DNA of 14,148 nt from Octopus sinensis (taxonomy: Eukaryota), in NCBI RefSeq assembly GCF_006345805.1, contig NW_021826713.1, positions 1-14,148 on the forward strand, written 5' to 3'. Positions 8,221 through 14,148 of the stretch are shown in pieces (position 1 is the stretch's first letter; each line of letters starts with the position of its first letter). The translations under genes were made by a program, and so were the position numbers. The notes under the pieces are model-generated. The model did no database searches. It worked only from the letters and a program-made list of their open reading frames with translations, and had not been told where the DNA came from.

Positions 8221-8769
8221 CAAAATTACACAAAGCTTTTTAAGGTATACAAACAACCCTGTGAAACAAATGATTAGGATAAGAGGTACAGAGGTTTTAA
8301 TTGTTATTCATTAGAGATGAATACGTATCGTAATTAGTAATCCGAAAAGATATATAGCGAAGGCAAAAAAAAAGGAACAAAAGAACCTCAGGAATTTCTC
8401 TTTTTTCTAATTATATTTCGAAAATAAATATTTATTATATGCATATATGATTAACTTGGAATTGATTAGCTGTGTTGTTAATTGAAACTACTCTATTTCC
8501 AATTAGGATATGTATGTGATCACATGTCTCATTAAAATACATCTTTTGTATTACTTTGAAATGAGTTCATATCATTGCCGTTACATGTTAAATTAATAAA
8601 TATGTAATTTAACACTAACGTACACACACACGCACACAAACACGAAAACACACATAGACACACAAACATACAGGGTATTAGAGATATATAGACATTCAAG
8701 TACCAGTATAACAGCCTATACAAATGATATAAAATATATACAAACTCCCTCACATAAACACATACAAGC

Positions 8770-9039
8770 AAACACACACAGTGTGTATACATATGTATAT
8801 ATAAAACATGTATATATATATATGTATATATATACATACATATATATGTATATATGTATATATGTATATATGTATATATATACATACATATATATGTATA
8901 TATATACATACATATATACATACATACATACATATATATATAATATGCACGTGTACAGTCAGACAAACATTCATACTCACATACGTATTGCTCTAAGTAT
9001 ATAACCATCAATCTGTATATGTATATACATACACACACA

Positions 9040-9130
<91 letters not shown>

Positions 9131-9549
9131 AGCTGTGCAGGTATCTGCTTGAACATGTGCCCTCGTATATATGCATACGTATATATTATATATATATACC
9201 ACACATATATGAATACATGTATACTTATTCTTTATATCAATATATACATACTTACAGGTATGCATACACATACGTGCACACATTCAAACATGTACGTGTT
9301 TTATATATACATACATATATATATATATACATATATATGTATATATATATGTATGTATATATGTAAGTACACACACACAGTCACTATATATTCAAGTCTT
9401 CATAAAGGATGCACAAAATGACAATAACTTTTCTATGCATGTATGTATCTGAAAAATTATCTATGTTTTTGCTTGTGGGTATATTTACATACATAAACGC
9501 ATGAATATGTGTGAACACATACGCATACGAGTATACATATATATTATAT

Positions 9550-9627
<78 letters not shown>

Positions 9628-9977
9628 GTCATATATATATATATATGCATATTATATATATATATATACATATATATATGTATACATATATATATATACA
9701 TATATATATAGAAGCATGTGTATGTATTGTGTTACTCTTCACAAAATGTTGTGTATGTATGTATCCAGACATGCTCACATTCACGGACACGCATACACAC
9801 ACATCTGCTTACATATACGTAGAGACATAGGAAAGAAGATATAGAGATGAGGAAGGAGGATAGAGATGGGAGAGAAAGGTGGGGTGAAAGGGAAACTGCG
9901 TGTTTGCGTCGTGTCGATATGCGTGTTGGAGAATGTTTGATAGCATAAGAATAATACTTGAATGGAATATATATGTG

Positions 9978-10009
<32 letters not shown>

Positions 10010-10397
10010 TATATATATATGTACATATACATATATGTGTGTGTTTATGTGTGTGTGTATGTGTGCATACACACTTATGTTTATCAATATATATATATAT
10101 ATAATATATGTATATGTATATATACATACATACGTTTATTTGTGTATACATGTATATTATAAATACATTTTTTAATTGCGTTTGTGTTATTGTTTGCGCC
10201 TAAAATATTCAAAACAGAAGTGTGGAGTGTGTTTCTGTGCGCATGAATGTTTGTATCTGTGTATGCATATACATACATATATACGTACATATTATATATA
10301 TAATTCATATATAATATTTATATATATATATATATGTATATATATTATATTATACATATATATACATATATATATTGTATATATATATATAAACTTA

Positions 10398-10451
<54 letters not shown>

Positions 10452-10705
10452 GCTTATATGTATATAGATGCTTATAAGTATATATATATATATATGTGTG
10501 TGTGTATATATATGTGTGTGTGTGTGAGTGTGTTACACACAAATATATCTTGTGAGTGAAAGACATACGCATACATGTGTATATACATACGTCCATTCAT
10601 ACGCATCTATTGTACGTGTGTATATAATTCCTGGTCGAATGCACATGCATTTGTCTCCATGTGCGCGCGCCTGTGTGAGTGTGTGTGTGTGTGTGAGCGT
10701 GTGTG
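8770..10705. repeat. About 1.9 kb of degenerate (TA)n/(CA)n/(TG)n low-complexity DNA with short unique islands
   Basis: Visible directly. Source of the many overlapping Y/I/M/C-rich ORFs on both strands. Confidence 0.9.
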
Positions 10706-11319
10706 CTAAAGTGATTAATAATATAAAGTTGTGATGCAATATATAGAAATTCTAATTACTTTTAGAAATATTTTATTGTTATTATCGCGATTTTCAACGA
10801 AGCGTATCAAAGCCTCTGATTTAAATCTCGCTTTAACGTTGCTACACAAAGAACGATATAATTCGAAAGAGATTAAAAATGAAATAATAAACTGCAAGAG
10901 AGGGAATACGGAATGCTAAACGTTATATAATTACTGAATCCACTTATAATAAAAGTCTTAAATATTTCAAATGTTGATTAGTTATTCTGCTATTTGACCT
11001 GACGCTGCTTGGCCAGCAATCTTTGCTGCGCTAAATATTGTAATTCTTGAAAAACTCTAATTGCAGCGCTTTCTCTCCCCCTTCTTAATGGGTGTAACAG
11101 GGTAACAGTGTGATATTTAGATATTTTTTTAAAGAAAAGTAGAGTTTTTTTTCTTCATGTGGAGACATATGTCAACTACATAGGCCGCGTAAAACTTTAG
11201 ATTTCGAATGAAATTGTATCCCATTTACCCCCCAGTTGTGGATTTACCTCTCCTCTTTTGCGACTTTCCTAGAACGCCAGAAGAAAGACTTCTTTTCTGA
11301 CTTTTACCATTTATAGAAA

Positions 11320-12232
11320 TTGGCTTGAGTCATAAATAATTTCGATTTTATTAAACAACTTTACTGAAGAAAAAAAGTTTACAAAGAATTATTTTCAATT
11401 ATCAGTATGGTTACCATTATTTTGAGTGACCTCTTGCTATTTATGAAGTAGCTTTTTCATTCCTCTTGAATAACATTCAGCTGGCTTCGACAGCTTTGCA
11501 CATACGTTTTCACCTGATGTTCATGAGAAAATTTTTTCCCTTTTAGAGCAATTTGTAAACAGCGAAAAAGATAGAAATCAGTTGGTGCAAGATCTTATGA
11601 ATATGATGGATCTTATGAATATGATGAATAAGTGGAAGATACGAACCTAAATTCAATATTTCAACCTGCGTGATTCTTGCTGATTGTGGTCTTGTGTTAC
11701 GACGAACAAGCACAACGTTTCTCCTACTGAAGAGTGCTGGGCGTTTTCTTAAATGATTTTCAATCCCACGTTGAAGTTGTTGAGAGTATAAATTCGCCGT
11801 TTAGTGTTTGATTGCGATTTAAAATCTCGAAATAAATAAATCCGCGGTAATCCCACCTTACACACAACAGAACCTTCCTTTGTTCCATGGAGCTCAGCTT
11901 TGATACGTCTTCGACTGAGTTGATCTCTCAATGACAAATTTCCGAAACCAAACTTACAAAACCAATTTTGGTCACCATATTTCGGTCACCATCTAAGCTG
12001 TTTCTGTGGCGTCTTTTCAATTCTTAAACTCCCATAACATCATCTGTCGAATACATTTTTTCAATTCATCCATTCTAGGGATTGAAATATTAAAGTATGA
12101 GGTGCACGCTTTCACCGCTTAATTTTGACTGACGAATAAGGACTTTTTAAAAGGGTAGTTTCAGTTTCAGTTTAAATATGTCGATTCAATTTACTTAAAA
12201 CAAAAAACGAAATTATTTATGACTCGCTCCAA
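11320..12232 (-). mobile_element. Internally deleted mariner DNA transposon with both TIRs
   Basis: Left TIR ttggcttgagtcataaataatttcgatttt (from 11320) is the near-exact inverse of aaaaacgaaattatttatgactcgctccaa (ending 12232). TA follows at 12233-12234, while the left flank reads AA. A transposase relic lies between the TIRs. Confidence 0.9.
11395..12073 (-). pseudogene. Mariner transposase pseudogene
   Basis: ATG at 12073: MDELKKCIRQMMLWEFKN*KDATETA*...QNWFCKFGFGNLSLRDQ / KAELHG.RKVLLCVRWDYRGFIYFE...YSQQLQR...RKRPALFSRRNVVLVRRNTRPQSARITQ...YS*DLAPTDFYLFRCLQIALKGKKF...YSRGMKKLLHK*QEVTQNNGNH. These are decayed HDNARPH and YSPDLAPxD motifs with many stops and frameshifts. Confidence 0.9.
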
Positions 12233-12604
12233 TAGTTATTTCCATACAGCCCTCCAAGTATAATCAATCCAGAATTTTCCCCAGATATTGTTATGTATTT
12301 ACATCAACATATTTATCTTTCTCGTTTAATTTTAAAATAAGTATCAACCTGTATGGTTTTATGGAAATTTTCATGCTCTTTCTGGTAGAATCAGCTACCA
12401 GGAGGAAATTCTCGTGTTCCTTAGCAATATAAATTAACTAAACCTGAAAATTGCACCTCTACCGCCAGATCATCTTAAAGTTTGATTTCTACTACTCTAA
12501 ACTTTCATTCTGTTGTTGAGAATATTTCTATGATTTACAAGACGTCGAGACAACAAAGCCCTTAGTACGCCTGGAAAGTGCTTAACAACAGTTCGCTGGT
12601 ATTT

Positions 12605-12710
12605 TTGGGGACGATGAAATAAATAACAGTTGAGCACTGGGGTCGATGTAATCGTCTTACCCTTCACCCTAAATTGCTGGCCTTATGCCAAAATTCGAAA
12701 GCAATATTTG
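12605..12710 (+). mobile_element. SINE family B, 3' half
   Basis: cagttgagcactggggtcgatgtaatcg...aaattgctggccttatgccaaaattcgaaa matches the reverse complement of 3450-3560. Confidence 0.75.
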
Positions 12711-13039
12711 TAATGACTTAGATTCAATTAAGTCTTGACTGCCTCGTGTCTTTTGTATATCAAGGTTAAAAATAAACAATATCAGTTGCATATTTTTCAA
12801 GATGGAGATTTTGCCTGCTAATTTTACAAGGTCACGTAACTGCATACAGGTCGTTTCTTAGGGCCATTGCTGACGGTTAGAACTGAGTTTTGTTAAATAC
12901 CTTGGTACCTTAGATTTACTCCTTGAATACAATTTTAAAATTATTGTTGACAGAACAAATTTCAAACAATCAATAGCTATATTTAGATCTCTAATGTTAG
13001 TGTTTAAAGCTGAAATTCTAATAAATAAAAAATGTTTTA

Positions 13040-13114
13040 TATATGCTTGTATACATATACATATATATACACACACACACACACATTCACGCGCACAAAA
13101 TATATATATATATT

Positions 13115-13147
<33 letters not shown>
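13040..13147. repeat. (TA)n/(CA)n/(TG)n microsatellite
   Basis: Visible directly. Confidence 0.9.
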
Positions 13148-13197
13148 CTACAAGCAGGTGTACTAGTTTAACGCTCGGGAAAAATAGAAAAGTCATT

Positions 13198-13225
13198 GAC
13201 GTTTCAAACCTATGCTCTTCGACAG
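13198..13225 (-). ncRNA. Degenerate minimal hammerhead ribozyme motif of the Penelope-terminus type
   Basis: The minus strand reads CTGTCGA-AGAGC ATAG GTTT-GAAA-CGTC: one mismatch to CUGANGA, a short wobble-rich helix II, intact GAAA, palindromic ACGT and a GUC cleavage triplet. Confidence 0.45.
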
Positions 13226-13307
13226 AAAATATTGAGAGGTAAAAAAAACCGAGAGCGGACGAGAAAAAAAAAAACGGTTAGAGCAAAAATGTGTGCGTGT
13301 TTTTTTG

Positions 13308-13345
13308 TTTTTTCTAGTTTCAGCTCAGAGCTGCGGCCATGCTGA
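13308..13345 (-). mobile_element. Short 3' tail fragment related to SINE family A
   Basis: tctagtttcagctcagagctgcggccatgctg resembles tacttgtctcagtcctatgaccgcgaccattctg (2111-2144) and the reverse complement of 7906-7938. Confidence 0.5.
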
Positions 13346-13429
13346 TGCATATTTCTACTGCATATTCATCCGAATCGCATGAGTAAATATACTTTCCAGG
13401 GGGCCTCATAGACTGGTGAAAAAATGAAG

Positions 13430-14100
13430 TGAAACGCTGACTTGTAACCTGTTTCCATTAAATGTAAAGAAGATTGGACAACCCTAAATACAAAGAACAT
13501 ACTGTGTGGGGTATATTACTGAGCTATCGATTGAATTCACCTCCCATGCACCTGAATGATCAGTATGTTAGGCTTCCACGTAAATCCCATTTACTAAAGG
13601 ATTCTCTTACAAGGAGACTCGTTCGTCCCCTCCTCATAGCAAGAGTTACTTACTCAATGTGCCGTTCCATGGAATATAATATGCAACCACGTACTTCAGG
13701 AAACTAATTTTTAAAACTGCATTGCCATATCTGCTACCATGGAGAGCTTGACTGCACTAGGTTACCTAGAAATTTAATATTAAAAATTATAAGGGAAACA
13801 TTACCGGTACAAAGTAATTTCGGTTCCGTAATTGGTACAACTGGTGCCTTAGCTATGTTATAATATCACATCGTATATCTGCACTTCTGAAATTCTGCAT
13901 AAGAAAAAAAAATGAAACTTTGATGCTTTTTTTATATAATAGTTGGGATTAACGGAAGTTTGAGAATGATGCATATTCAGATAGGAAGGCATATAAATAG
14001 AAAGCAGTGCAAAGTTATTGGCGAAGGGGGAGATAAACGTGTTGTTCCAAGATGTGGTGGTTACTTGAGTGCGGTTTTTGGTTATCAAGGAATTTTCCAA
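13430..14100 (-). pseudogene. Highly decayed Penelope-like element reverse transcriptase
   Basis: Motif remnants occur in the expected order on the minus strand: NNTFISPFANNFALLSIYMPSYLN..NPNYYIK (cf. IVILPADKGNAVVVMD..Y, within the 13858-14100 ORF), YG-PKL...GNVF-PII (cf. FYGLPKIHK..PLRPII, about 13830-13785), MGF-xVEA*HT (cf. SFDVESLYT, about 13590-13563) and FFTFNGN (cf. YFTFNG, 13472-13451). Each match is weak and needs frameshifts. Confidence 0.5.
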
Positions 14101-14148
14101 TAGGGGCGAGTGAGTTCGGAGTTGTATAAAAGAATGAAAAGATGAAGA

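Noticed and set aside
8532-10739. 214-aa ORF and many overlapping ORFs
   Set aside because: Products of dinucleotide low-complexity DNA with no realistic protein composition.
13474-13707. 77-aa + strand ORF
   Set aside because: Antisense to the decayed Penelope-like RT, non-ATG start and no recognisable domain.

Overview
AT-rich, microsatellite-dense animal genomic DNA. The repeat families resemble those I recall from octopus (coleoid cephalopod) genomes, but this is inference and not a database result. Nearly all listed ORFs are translations of (TA)n, (CA)n, (CATA)n or (TAA)n tracts and are not genes. Most of the non-simple sequence is mobile-element debris. It includes at least three tRNA-derived SINE families (one well-preserved copy nested in an older SINE with a 10-bp target-site duplication), a decayed R4/Dong-like LINE 3' end in a (TTA)n tract, and other repeats bounded by TAA tracts. 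It also includes an internally deleted mariner with both TIRs, a Tc1-like fragment, and a decayed Penelope-like RT with a degenerate minimal hammerhead ribozyme downstream on the same strand. A CpG-rich, TATA-containing unique segment (about 1300-1870) and two candidate + strand exons (1802-1862, 5099-5187) suggest the 5' part of a host gene, but I could not build a coherent ORF or name it. I cannot support a clearly new biological system. The best leads are the hammerhead-like motifs, the clustering of elements in TAA tracts, and the inverted repeats flanking the candidate exon.
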